From a virus: a DNA stretch of 64,000 nt. Location of the stretch: positions 40,737-104,736 of IMG/VR virus record IMGVR_UViG_3300043444_000523, one strand, 5' to 3'. Positions 18,361-28,183 of the stretch are shown in pieces; positions within the stretch are counted from its first letter, which is position 1, and every line of letters starts with the position of its first letter. Under the pieces are notes generated by a model that ran no database searches, was not told where the DNA came from, and saw nothing but the letters and a program-made list of their open reading frames with translations. The position numbers and the translations under genes are program-made.

Positions 18361-18975
18361 ATGGTTCGTAAAATTGGAAGAATCCAGTTCCCGGTTTTTT
18401 CTGGAATCCGCTGTTTGATGCTCCCTTATATTCAAGGAGATTCAAAAAGCGTCCCGCATGAGTATGGTCATGGATACGAATCAATACTCGACGACCTTTA
18501 TGTCAGGAAAGGGGACATCGGGTTTTTGACAATTGACGAATCAATTGCTCATTCTGGATCGCCGCATCGCGGAGCGAGAGCCAAGCATGGACGGGCATTG
18601 CATACAGAGGCAGGTCGTCATCCAGACATGGTGTACGCCTGGGGTGGCGGGAATTGGGGCGGCTCCAATAGAACAACGCTGAGCAGAGATGTTAAGGTTC
18701 TCATTTCAAACAGCATCGACAAGACTTGCGCTGTTTGGGATGCAGAGCATGAAAACACTACCATTGACGGGGACATTGGGTATTTGAGTGATCGTTATCC
18801 TTACGATTCTGCGATGTTCATGATGGCCGGTGAAGTGTACGAGATCGGAATCCTGACTCCACACGAAAGCCTTCCAGTCAACCAAGACACAAGGCGGCAG
18901 TTTATTCGCATTGTGTCGTCTGGGGTGAATGGAAGAGAGCCGTATTTTACCAAGAACAGGCTTCTTGATTACTAG
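18361..18975 (+). CDS. Putative 2OG-Fe(II) oxygenase-like protein
   Basis: LHTE...TPHESLP...RQFIRI spacing of HxE...H...R; AAGGA RBS. Confidence 0.5.
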   Translation: MVRKIGRIQFPVFSGIRCLMLPYIQGDSKSVPHEYGHGYESILDDLYVRKGDIGFLTIDESIAHSGSPHRGARAKHGRALHTEAGRHPDMVYAWGGGNWGGSNRTTLSRDVKVLISNSIDKTCAVWDAEHENTTIDGDIGYLSDRYPYDSAMFMMAGEVYEIGILTPHESLPVNQDTRRQFIRIVSSGVNGREPYFTKNRLLDY

Positions 18976-18982
18976 GTTGCCA

Positions 18983-19222
18983 AAGAAATAGGCGCAACTC
19001 GCGCCTATTTCCGCCTCCCCCACAGGCTGACCTTCTTTTCGTCTCTTCGGGGCGGCTCGTCTGGTATACTTGCAGGCGAGCCCCTCTGTCCCCTGCCTCC
19101 GATGCCGATCCGTGCGCCCATCGTCTGGTCTGTTCGTGATGCTCCGGTTTCTATGCCAGCTAGTGAAGCAACTCCGAAGTCGGCATGGAAGTGGGCCAGA
19201 TTGAATGCGTCCATGCCGTCTG
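18983..19222 (-). pseudogene. Inverted 240-bp copy of the terL 3' end (includes palindrome copy 5, 18987-19009)
   Basis: Reverse complement aligns without gaps to 22203-22442; about 25 mismatches by hand count; same stop codon. Confidence 0.95.
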
Positions 19223-19291
19223 ACAAGCGAAAGAAACAGCACAAGTTCAAGTGCAGACGATGCCACAAAAAGGCGTTCCTAGAAGAGCCAA

Positions 19292-19828
19292 CTACTTCGG
19301 CCGAGGCTTACTGGCCGCAATCTCAGCCTTGACATTCTTATGGCGCTCTTCCAAGGCTTTGTGCTCTGGAGAGTCGTATCGGTGCATCTGCTTCTGCAGC
19401 TTCAACCAACGGCACTCTTTGTCAGGGCTTGCAAAATCTGGGAAACTCAAGCCGTCCCACTTTTCTCCCTGTTCGGCCCTGTTGACAACCTCATCATCCC
19501 AAGTCCTGTATTGCGACTTCAGCTTTTCTTTGTCCCTGGCAATCGTTGTTGCCGGATCATGCAGCGTAGAAACAACGTAGTATGTCACGATCTTCGTGAG
19601 GCCGCCTGAACGCTTCTCGGCAACGAACACGCCGCCAGTCGGCTTGTGATACCTGTGCTCGATGTCGCTTCGGTTGTTCTTCTGAGACGGGACCATGTTC
19701 TTGTCAAGTTTTGACGACTCAAGATATGCCGAGATGATTTCTTTGGCGTCTTCGTTTACAAAAGACGCGGCCCTCTCGACCCATCGATCATACGCATGGT
19801 TGCTTACACTGATTTTTGAACGGTCCAC
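19292..19828 (-). CDS. Hypothetical protein (SNHAYDRWVER, weakly RelE/DUF4258-like)
   Basis: 178-aa ORF with AAGGGG RBS. Confidence 0.55.
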   Translation of the reverse strand: MDRSKISVSNHAYDRWVERAASFVNEDAKEIISAYLESSKLDKNMVPSQKNNRSDIEHRYHKPTGGVFVAEKRSGGLTKIVTYYVVSTLHDPATTIARDKEKLKSQYRTWDDEVVNRAEQGEKWDGLSFPDFASPDKECRWLKLQKQMHRYDSPEHKALEERHKNVKAEIAASKPRPK

Positions 19829-19874
19829 AACATCCCCTTAAAAAGAATCGCCCCTGCAAGCAGGGGCATAAAGG

Positions 19875-20210
19875 TCACACCAGTTCCAGAATCCTTCGCG
19901 CCTGTTCACGCCCCATCTCGTTGACCGCACTCTTCATGGCCGCAACGTGACCGGCGTAGTCGATTGGCCTCGGCGGATCAATTGGCCCGGTGGTATACGA
20001 AGTCACAAGGCGGAACGACTTCTTGGCTCCGTCTTGTTTTGGCTTCCCATTCTTGATGATCGACTTGTACGTTGACACCTGAGCCAACGTGGCCTCGACA
20101 CCGCTCTTGGAGCAGTATTCGACGATCTTCTGATTGTCCGTGATGCCGTCCTTGATCGCTTGCCGAACCATCCCCATCCGAGACGGCTTCTTCTCTTTTG
20201 CCTTTGACAT
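19875..20210 (-). CDS. Small basic hypothetical protein, possibly DNA-binding
   Basis: GAGGT RBS; Lys-rich helical N-terminus. Confidence 0.6.
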   Translation of the reverse strand: MSKAKEKKPSRMGMVRQAIKDGITDNQKIVEYCSKSGVEATLAQVSTYKSIIKNGKPKQDGAKKSFRLVTSYTTGPIDPPRPIDYAGHVAAMKSAVNEMGREQARRILELV

Positions 20211-20357
20211 GCATACCTCTTGTTAGAAACGGGACCAAACACCATTATCATGATACTGGATGTGACACGCCGCGTCTATAACTCAACCGGGTAGCCCAAC
20301 GGAAGAGGCAGCGTCGGCCTATCAGACTATCACAGGAGACTTGTAACGTCGTGCCAA

Positions 20358-20504
20358 GGTCATGATCGTTTGTCGGCCTTAATGCCCTGAGATGCAGGTT
20401 CGATTCCAGCTCCCCCAGCTTATCCACAACCCTACTGGGGGATCGTCTAACGGAAAGACATCAGGCTTAACGATTGAGGGCCACAAGTGGATAAGAGCAT
20501 GACC
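20358..20504 (+). ncRNA. Circularly permuted tRNA-like RNA (Y RNA/YrlA-like topology)
   Basis: Order: CCTGA, T arm (GCAGG TTCGATT CCAGC), TCCCCCAG, 16-nt linker, CTGGGGGA, D arm (GTCT AACGGAA AGAC), TCAGG. Outer pairings GGCCTTAAT/ATTGAGGGCC and GGTCATG/CATGACC. Confidence 0.75.
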
Positions 20505-20543
20505 AACCTGAAAAGGCGCATCCCATCTTGAGTGATGGACTCG

Positions 20544-20576
20544 GACCCGGCAGACGGCTACTCTGTCGGGTCTTTT
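20544..20576 (+). terminator. Rho-independent terminator
   Basis: GACCCGGCAGA/TCTGTCGGGTC stem followed by TTTT. Confidence 0.75.
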
Positions 20577-20579
20577 CTA

Positions 20580-20608
20580 TTGACACATCCAGGCGTCATG
20601 CGTAGCCT
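20580..20608 (+). promoter_or_regulatory. Sigma70-like promoter for terL, probably leaderless
   Basis: TTGACA-17 nt-TAGCCT; ATG 6 nt downstream; no RBS. Confidence 0.6.
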
Positions 20609-20614
20609 GCTTGC

Positions 20615-22420
20615 ATGTTAAGTGCCTCCGAACTCGCCGAACTTGAAGCCTATCTCCCGCACGCCAATGAAGATGAACGTCGGAAGATCAACGAGTATCT
20701 AGTCTCCATCCGCAAGGTGGAGAACAACTTCCCTTGGGCCGCATACCGATACGATCCAATCGGCTATGCGTACAACGTCCTTGGCCTCACGTTCCTTTCC
20801 GACGATCAGAAGATTGCACTGCGAGCGGCTGTAACGCCTCCGTACCGAGTGCAAATTGACGCCGGAAACGCTGTTGGCAAAAGCCTAACCTGCGCCGTCT
20901 TGGCCTCATGGTTCTACGACTCATATGACCCAGGCTGCGTTTTCACTACGGCCCCGACGCACGATCACGTTGTCCGCGTGCTCTGGGCGCAAATACGCTC
21001 GCTTAGGTCCAATGCCAAGATGAAGCTACCGATGGACTTCATCGGGCCAGCTGCACCTGAGATGCGATCATCGGAATATCACTTTGCAAAAGGCCTGACC
21101 GCCTCGAAAGGAGAGGCGCTCAAAGGTTCTCACTTGCAGAATATGTGCTTCATATTCGACGAGTCTGAAGCATTGCCGGTGATGTACTGGGAATCTGTTC
21201 GCACGATGTTTAAGCCGCAGCCGGGTATGCTGTGGCTATCCGTGGGCAACCCGACAACCACCAGCAGCGCTGCATTCCTTGAGTCCACTCGCACGGATGA
21301 GAACAAGAAGCCGTTCTGGCGCAACCTGCGCATGAGTGTGCTCAATCACCCAAACATCATAGCTGGTCTCCAAGGGCTTCCGCCGCCAATCCCAAACGCC
21401 GTCGATGTCGGCATGGTGGATGACTGGGTGCGACGACTATGCACGCCTCTCGATGAAAAAGAAGAAAAAAAAGCCACTGACTTCCAGTGGCGAGGAAGAT
21501 GGTATCGGCCAAGCGGTGAAGCCGAGACGGTCATTCTCGGCTGTCGCCCGTCAACAGGAGCATCCGGCGTTTGGTCAGACTCGCTCTGGGAAGCCTGTTG
21601 CCATCTCGATTTGCCGTTCCCAATCGATCAACCACCCGAACTTGGCTGTGACGTGGCCAGAGTCCTTGGTGGCGATGATTGCGACATTCACGCACAATGG
21701 GGCGGCAACTCTCTCGCCCATGACTCTGCCAATGGCCGCTCTATACCAGCTACCATCGCTCGTCTCAAAGAGATGGCCGAAGAAGTATGCGAGTTTGCCA
21801 ACGCCAAGAGAAAGGAACTTGTGGCCACTGGCAAATACTCACCCGAAGAACTCTCCAGGGCTCAAATCCACAAGCCGTGGGTTCCCAAAGAAATACCTGT
21901 CAAGATCGACGATTGCGGCATCGGCAACGTCATCACCGACTTTGCAGACGGCTGGAACTTCATCCCAGTCAACCCAGGCTGGGCTGCAAAGCAAGACCTA
22001 CGTTATCCCAACGTCCGAAGCGAGCTGTGGTTTGAGACCCAGGAGAAGGCCATACTGTTCGGCCTCAGCATGAAGCACCTGTCTGAAGATGATCAGCAGA
22101 TGCTGCGTATCCAATCCTTTGCGCCAAAGTGGGAGTTGGATGCTAGACGCCGACGAGTTGTTGAGAGCAAAGAGGACACAAAGAAACGACTTGGCCGCTC
22201 GCCAGACGGCATGGACGCATTCAATCTTGCCCACTTCCATGCCAACTTTGGCGTGGCCTCATTGGCAGGCATCGAAACCGGAGTATCACGAACAGACCAG
22301 ACGATGGGCGCACGAATCGGCATCGGCGGCAGGGGACAGAGGGGCTCGCCTGCGAGTGTTCCAGACGAGCCGCCTAGAAGAGACGAGAACAAAGTTACTC
22401 TGTGGGGGAGGCGGAAATAG
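20615..22420 (+). CDS. terL: Terminase large subunit
   Basis: Walker A AGNAVGKS, Walker B FIFDE, GNP motif, nuclease LGCDVAR and SPDGMDA. Confidence 0.92.
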   Translation: MLSASELAELEAYLPHANEDERRKINEYLVSIRKVENNFPWAAYRYDPIGYAYNVLGLTFLSDDQKIALRAAVTPPYRVQIDAGNAVGKSLTCAVLASWFYDSYDPGCVFTTAPTHDHVVRVLWAQIRSLRSNAKMKLPMDFIGPAAPEMRSSEYHFAKGLTASKGEALKGSHLQNMCFIFDESEALPVMYWESVRTMFKPQPGMLWLSVGNPTTTSSAAFLESTRTDENKKPFWRNLRMSVLNHPNIIAGLQGLPPPIPNAVDVGMVDDWVRRLCTPLDEKEEKKATDFQWRGRWYRPSGEAETVILGCRPSTGASGVWSDSLWEACCHLDLPFPIDQPPELGCDVARVLGGDDCDIHAQWGGNSLAHDSANGRSIPATIARLKEMAEEVCEFANAKRKELVATGKYSPEELSRAQIHKPWVPKEIPVKIDDCGIGNVITDFADGWNFIPVNPGWAAKQDLRYPNVRSELWFETQEKAILFGLSMKHLSEDDQQMLRIQSFAPKWELDARRRRVVESKEDTKKRLGRSPDGMDAFNLAHFHANFGVASLAGIETGVSRTDQTMGARIGIGGRGQRGSPASVPDEPPRRDENKVTLWGRRK

Positions 22421-23090
22421 GCGCGAGTTGCGCCGATTTCTTCTTATCAAGCATCTCAGTCAAATGCTTCCGAATGGCCGAATTTTGGTCATCGCATTGC
22501 TTATTGTAATCGAACAAGTCTTCGGGACTGTTGAAGAACATCCTGCCTACCAGTCGTTGGTCTTCTACGCGGAATCTGTCGTCTTTGTCAATGAAGCAGA
22601 ACTCTTTCTCTGATGAAGCCACCAGCCTGAACTGGTTCCCATCGCTATCAAACACCGTCATGTTCACGCCAAACACGCAACCAGGATGCTCAGGGTCAGG
22701 AAACTTTTCACGAGCGTCTCGAATGTCTTTTGCCGACAGGCAGACCTCGGTATTGTGATAAACAAGCACAATCGTCTTCAGTTTGCCCCAGTCCAAGACG
22801 GCCTTGTACCGTATCGATTCATAGTCTTCGCCGAAGCCCGTGTACGTAAAGCCATAAGCGGCCCCGACGCAGTTGTCGTCATAGAAGACAATCTCGCCGG
22901 AGAACGGAACCTGATCGCCGTCAAGCGACAGGCCACGCTCCATTTCAATCCAATATGTCTCAAGATGGCAACCAAGGCTCTTCGTCTGGTACTGATGGCG
23001 CGCATCCTTGATGAAGTTCGCCTTCTTCGGCAGCGGCGCAGTGCAGATGATCGTGTCATACATTCCCATTCTTGGCCTCCTGTTCTTCAA
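22395..23090 (-). CDS. Phage hypothetical protein
   Basis: MGMYDTIIC...YQTKSLGCHLETYWI; start probably ~23069. Confidence 0.65.
   Translation of the reverse strand: MKNRRPRMGMYDTIICTAPLPKKANFIKDARHQYQTKSLGCHLETYWIEMERGLSLDGDQVPFSGEIVFYDDNCVGAAYGFTYTGFGEDYESIRYKAVLDWGKLKTIVLVYHNTEVCLSAKDIRDAREKFPDPEHPGCVFGVNMTVFDSDGNQFRLVASSEKEFCFIDKDDRFRVEDQRLVGRMFFNSPEDLFDYNKQCDDQNSAIRKHLTEMLDKKKSAQLAPISASPTE
22416..22438. repeat. 23-bp palindrome, copy 6
   Basis: AATAGGCGCGAGTTGCGCCGATT; supplies the terL TAG and encodes SAQLAPI in the convergent gene. Confidence 0.95.
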
Positions 23091-24473
23091 TCAAAGCCAC
23101 AGCTTTCTTCAGGCAGTCAAGGCAAATGTCTGGTATTGTGTTGGTGGGGTCCATTGCTTCGCCAATTTCGACTGCGTACAACGGCGTGCATCCGCACTCA
23201 TCGCATAAAACCTCAGTCCATGCTTTGTTCCCGATAACACAGTCAATCGCATCGGGATCAAGATTGTCTCCTACTGGCTTGAGCGATTCCAGTTTTTGCA
23301 ATTTATCCTGGAAATGCGAGGCTGAGCGGAATTGATTGCGCCATCTTTGGGCAGCAGTGTTTGCCAGAATTTGCCGCGTAATCAGTCTCATGTCATTTCC
23401 TCTCGTTTTGCTCTTGAGCGTAGTTGTCGTCCTGGCCCTGTCGTTGTTCCAGTGCCGCCACGCGGTCCTGAAGCTGCTGGACAAGCATCTTCACTTTACG
23501 GATGCTGCCTGGTCCTCCGTCTGAGTATGTGCCTTCGACGGTCAACGGTATTGCAGCAGCAATCCCATTAACGGAATTAACCGGCATCCAGTTCGCACTG
23601 AAGTCTTCAAGCCCCATGAAGCTCAGTTCTCCCGTCCTGTCAATCACATACTCGACTTCTTTGAAAATCTTTTTGACTGTTGCCAATGTGGCCAAAGGGC
23701 CGTACCTGTTGACGTACCGCCCGCCGACGACAACCTCGTCCGGTTCTGGCGGCGCGTCGGACTTGAGGGTCATCTCTTTGATTGTTTTTACGCTGAATGG
23801 CACTAGGCTTCCGCCGTGTCCAATTGTTTTCATCACCGCAACCGGCGTGCCATCTTCATAGCTATCGAGATGGACGACAAGCCGATCAACTCGGCTATCC
23901 GACCACACTTGCCCTACTTTCACTTCGGTCATGGCTCGCTCCTTTTTTCGTCTGCGCAAATTGAAACCGCCATTACAGCCGACCCAAACAAAATCGCAAA
24001 AAGCAGTATCCCAGCTACAATGCCCATTATCGACCAGGGATTCCCTGTTGTGTTTCCGCCTCCAATTCTAACCCACTCTGGCCCGTTTATATGCACATAC
24101 TGGCACACCAGAACAACAGACACAGACGCCAAAGCCCAGGCGATGATGGTGAACACTAAACGAAGCGTCTTCATGACTGCCCGCCTTTCAGTTCTTGGAG
24201 GGCCACTTCGAGCCAGATGATCATGATTTTCCGTAGGTCATCCCAGGTAATTGCCGACAAGCGATCTCTGTCGATCATTGATCTCTACAGAGTATCGTTA
24301 TACCTGTCATGCATTTGCTTGAATACTGATCTTGCTTTCAAAAAATCACCTGTCAAAATCATGCTTGCAAAAATCTGCATGTCCTTGCAGCACTTCATGA
24401 CATCATCTTGTGAAACTAAATTAGGAACCTCTGGCTTCTTCATGTTGGCCAACGACGGAACAGACGCAACCAT
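23056..24473 (-). other. Run of four small overlapping hypothetical genes (about 23056-23391, 23393-23932, 23929-24174 membrane, 24285-24473)
   Basis: Closely packed minus-strand ORFs with RBSs and start/stop overlaps. Confidence 0.55.
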
Positions 24474-24474
24474 G

Positions 24475-24897
24475 TTAAATCTCCTGGATGTCAATACCGA
24501 ACACAGCACGCATCAACTTGTACTTGATCCGGTAAGCACGGTTCTTCCTGGTGATCGCCGACTTCACATCCTCAACGACTTCACGGCCGTCTACTGTGCG
24601 CTTATATCTGAAGTCTGCGATGAAATCGCAGACATGGACGCCGTTGACCTCGATACGGTACTTCACCTGCCGATCAAGTTCGTAAATAGCCCCGGCTGCA
24701 AGCATATTTTGCAACTGCTGCCAGCGGGCAAATTCCTTCTTGCTGTCGAAGCCGTTGGTTTTCACGTTGCCGTACTTCGGCCTCTTCTTTTTGCCGCCGC
24801 TTTCGGTCAGTCGGCCTTCACGGCGAGCACGCTCAAGACCTGCACGAAGAGATGCCACGGCTATTCCTCCAGGGCTTTGTACAGACCAGCGATCCAC
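24475..24897 (-). CDS. DUF1064-like PD-(D/E)xK endonuclease
   Basis: KYGNVKT.GFDSKKE...LDRQVKY...FIADFRY...VEDVK. Confidence 0.8.
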   Translation of the reverse strand: MDRWSVQSPGGIAVASLRAGLERARREGRLTESGGKKKRPKYGNVKTNGFDSKKEFARWQQLQNMLAAGAIYELDRQVKYRIEVNGVHVCDFIADFRYKRTVDGREVVEDVKSAITRKNRAYRIKYKLMRAVFGIDIQEI

Positions 24898-25451
24898 TTG
24901 TTGGCACTGGTAACTGACTCAATGTGCTTGTCCCTTGATTCTTTGGCCGACGCAACATCCTTCTCAAGTCTCGCTATTTCGGCCTGCTTCCATTCTTCGG
25001 CAGGCACAACGCTTGGCACGTCCATCTTGAAACAATAGCAATCGAAATCGATGGACTCCTTTAGCTGCTTGATCATGAACTCCTTCAGACCCTTGTATTC
25101 ATCGGGGCAAGGCCACATCATAACCTTCCCAAGCATGGCAGAATACCGACCATACTCAAGACGCTTCCTTAGTATGTATTCTTGGTTTTTGGCAATGAGC
25201 GATGCAATCTCTCTCTGCTGAGCATCGAGGATGTCCTTCTCACTCATAGCCTTGGCCGCTGCAAGTTCTGACTCGTCTTCTTCCACGATCTTTTGGTAGT
25301 AATCGCTCGGTTCTCGCTCCTTCGGCGGCTGGTCAAAAGAGTCGTCCCGCTGATGCATACACGCGCCCATCCCTCTTGCGCACTGCAACGCAAACTCCCT
25401 GAGAGTCGTCACCTTGCCTTCTTGAACCTTGCAAGTGTATCCTGTCGGCAT
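24861..25451 (-). CDS. Phage hypothetical protein
   Basis: MPTGYT...FALQCARGMGA; AAGGAG RBS. Confidence 0.7.
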   Translation of the reverse strand: MPTGYTCKVQEGKVTTLREFALQCARGMGACMHQRDDSFDQPPKEREPSDYYQKIVEEDESELAAAKAMSEKDILDAQQREIASLIAKNQEYILRKRLEYGRYSAMLGKVMMWPCPDEYKGLKEFMIKQLKESIDFDCYCFKMDVPSVVPAEEWKQAEIARLEKDVASAKESRDKHIESVTSANKWIAGLYKALEE

Positions 25452-25534
25452 AGCAAGTCTCCTTGGGTGTGATGAATCGTGTTATGCCATTGTACTACAT
25501 CGCCAGAACTTGGCAACAAGATTCCAGAATCCAT

Positions 25535-25557
25535 AATCGGCGCATTTCGCGCCTATT
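25535..25557. repeat. 23-bp palindrome, copy 7 (intergenic)
   Basis: AATCGGCGCATTTCGCGCCTATT. Confidence 0.9.
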
Positions 25558-26205
25558 AGTTAGGAGAGCCTAATGGCCAAAAGCGGTCGTCAGATGATTG
25601 GTAGATGGACCGTGTGCTTTATTCCTGCAAGGTAGCCGAAGCACCTTGAGAGAAGCGGTCAACAGACACTCAGGATTCCACGCAAAGGCCATTCAAAAAA
25701 CAATCATGGTTTCAGAATTACTGAACTTGCAGTCCCAGGTTGTCAGCATTGGACAGGGCCTGGAAATTGGTTGATTGGTTTTGAATGTGAACCGCCGACC
25801 CCACGGAAGGTCGGGTTCCTGCTGGTGGATACGCACAGCGGCTTGTGAGCCGTTGTGCTGCAACCGATTTGCCGCTCGTTTGGTTTGATTGGCTGAATTG
25901 GCTGCACACGCCGCCGATATGGGCGGCTCGCTGGGCCGATGGACCCCGGCTTTCGGAGAACCACTCCAGACCGCTCCTGGGCTTCAGTCACCCTGGGCAG
26001 CGATGGGATTAGATTAAAGTGGCTGCTTTTTTCGGCCCAAGAATCCTTCATGTCGCCTTCTGGCAAACGAGCTTTTTCCCACTAGACAGAAATGCTGAAC
26101 GTGCTACACTAACACTGTCAGCTTTGGTAGTGGCCACCGGGTGCTCGTAAAACAACCCGGTGGCCACGTCTTTTTACCACATCCGCCAAGCATGTCAACG
26201 CAAAA

Positions 26206-26717
26206 TCATCTTGGCTTTTTGGATTTGTTCTTCTTGGTTGCCAGCATCAGCGACTTGCGAGCTGCACGAAATTCCCGTTTGTCTCGGCATTGCTGCTGGT
26301 ACAGGCCTTCAGGATCGTGGACATGGCAGAACCATTTGCCGTTTCGAACTCGGTCTGCGTGGATAGGGCAATCCAGGCCCTTTGTTGTGGTCGCTGAGCA
26401 TTGCATAATCATCTCCTGTACTTCGCTGCTCGCCGTCTTGATGCTCCTCTGCCGTTTCTTCCAAGGATGCACTTGTTGAAAGTGCATCTATTCCCGTACC
26501 TGTCATCCTTCTTGATCGGCCAGCCTTCCTCAAGGAACCTTGTCAGCACCATAAACTCCCAGCCGTGTTTAGTTACAATGCTGTAGTTCGGCTTGTGAAT
26601 CGAAACCTCGCACCGCGAAACCTCAGAGTCCATTGTTGCGCGATGCTCTTTCCACTTCGTTTCGCCAGCACGGCGAACGAACCCAGGAGTTCCAGCATTG
26701 ATCTTTAGGCCACGCAT
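26206..26717 (-). other. Two small hypothetical genes (26409-26717; about 26206-26409 with C...C...CxxH motif)
   Basis: Adjacent ORFs with ATG starts; AGGAG before the downstream one. Confidence 0.45.
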
Positions 26718-27436
26718 ATTTTCAGGGTAGTGTATTCTTACACACCATTCAAGACATATCTAAAGAATATGATAAGCCTACAGGAACGGGAAGCGCGCAA
26801 GAACCCCTGGTTATTGGGGGTTCCTGCGCTTTCGCAAGCCGTACAGTATACGGTATAGCGGCGTAGCACAAGCAACTTCAATCATAGACGAGCTATGACG
26901 CCGGACCAATCCGGTTGAGGACGTGCTTGATTAACCTCATCCTCGGAGGTTTAGTGTTTAGCCACCTCCCGTTGCCTCTGCGTTGGCCAGAGGGCTTAAT
27001 TCCCTATCGAGATTCAGGCGGATGCCCGCCAAAGTCGTCGCATACTGGCCTTGTGGCCAAGCCCTGGGCAAAGACAAACCACCCAGGACGGGCAGATCGG
27101 TTCCCACGTTTCCTGTGGGACTGGCTTCGTGAACCAAGGGCGGTATAAGCCCTCACCGTCTGGTCGCTGCACTTCCTGACTACGGCAGCAAAATCGTATT
27201 CCCAATTGTCCCCGCAGGGCGGCTAGGGAGCCGAATTTTCTCATTCAGGGAGTTTTCAATCGTTTTAGGGGTTGCCACCGAGACGTGCATCTGTTAAGGT
27301 GCATTTGTCTCACAGCAGCCGCGTTGCTTGTGAACCAGTGCCCCGGAGTGTTAAGCTCGCGGGGCACAATTCATTTACACAGCATAACACACTTCCAAGC
27401 CATTGCAACACAATTCAACGGAATTCTTCCCCATCG

Positions 27437-28183
27437 TCAACAAACAATCCTGCCAATGTTCCGAAACAGCCGATCATCGGCCTTGCGTTCGCGCTCTACG
27501 ACTCTGTACAGGTGATCCACAAGCGGCTTGAACTCACGCATCTTGGCCAATGACTTGGCCTCGATCTGCCGGACCCGCTCTTTGCTGATCCCAAGGTCAT
27601 TGCCGATGTCCTCAAGGGTTTCTCCACCAACGAATCGCCGGACGATGATGCTGTAATACCGCTTGTCGAGGCAGAACGACATGAGGGCCTTGGTCTCTGG
27701 CGCAAGGTCTTCTGGAACTTCCTCATACTCTGGCCGATCAACAAAATCAAGCTGGTTGGCATCCCTGAACCTGGAGGATGCTTTGATCTGATTTTCGACC
27801 ACTGACATTGGCAGTACGTGGATTCTCTTGATCCACTCGTGTTCTTTTGTTGCCCCGATTCTGGTTGTTGCTTTACCAGCGGCCTTATGGATGCAGTTCT
27901 TGATCCAGTGGAACGAATATGTTCCCTTTGAGGCTCCGTGAGACGGATCGTACCGGACAAGGGCCTCGCACATGCCCAAGACACCGGCCTGAATGAAGTC
28001 ATCGAGCCAGTTGAGGTACAGTTGGCCTTGTTCGTGGATGTTTGTCATTGCGGCCAGGATGTAGGCGCACCTTCGGGCCTCCTTGTAGACAAGTTGCATG
28101 TTGGCCATCACCCATTCCTGATCTTCTTTGTCAAGCCTTGACTTTGGCTCTTTGGATTGGACAATTCCTTCTGCCGATAACAT
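27437..28183 (-). CDS. Sigma70-family RNA polymerase sigma factor
   Basis: Region 2 DDFIQAGVLGMCEALVRYDP...TYSFHWI; region 4 ETLEDIGNDLGISKERVRQIEAKSLAKMR. Confidence 0.9.
   Translation of the reverse strand: MLSAEGIVQSKEPKSRLDKEDQEWVMANMQLVYKEARRCAYILAAMTNIHEQGQLYLNWLDDFIQAGVLGMCEALVRYDPSHGASKGTYSFHWIKNCIHKAAGKATTRIGATKEHEWIKRIHVLPMSVVENQIKASSRFRDANQLDFVDRPEYEEVPEDLAPETKALMSFCLDKRYYSIIVRRFVGGETLEDIGNDLGISKERVRQIEAKSLAKMREFKPLVDHLYRVVERERKADDRLFRNIGRIVC

Noticed and set aside
20420-20494. DnaA boxes (TTATCCACA at 20420 and an 8/9 inverted match at 20486) as an origin
   Set aside because: Only two boxes, no AT-rich unwinding element, and both lie in the predicted RNA; not excluded but unsupported
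20358-20504. Two-piece (permuted) tmRNA
   Set aside because: Has a true D stem, lacks G3:U70 and an encoded CCA, and no tag reading frame follows
18983-22442. terL duplication as a DGR template/variable repeat pair
   Set aside because: Differences are mostly synonymous and not adenine-specific; no reverse transcriptase in the window
26127-26136. GGTAGTGGCC as another TIR of the tnpB element
   Set aside because: Match is only 9 nt and belongs to a separate hairpin
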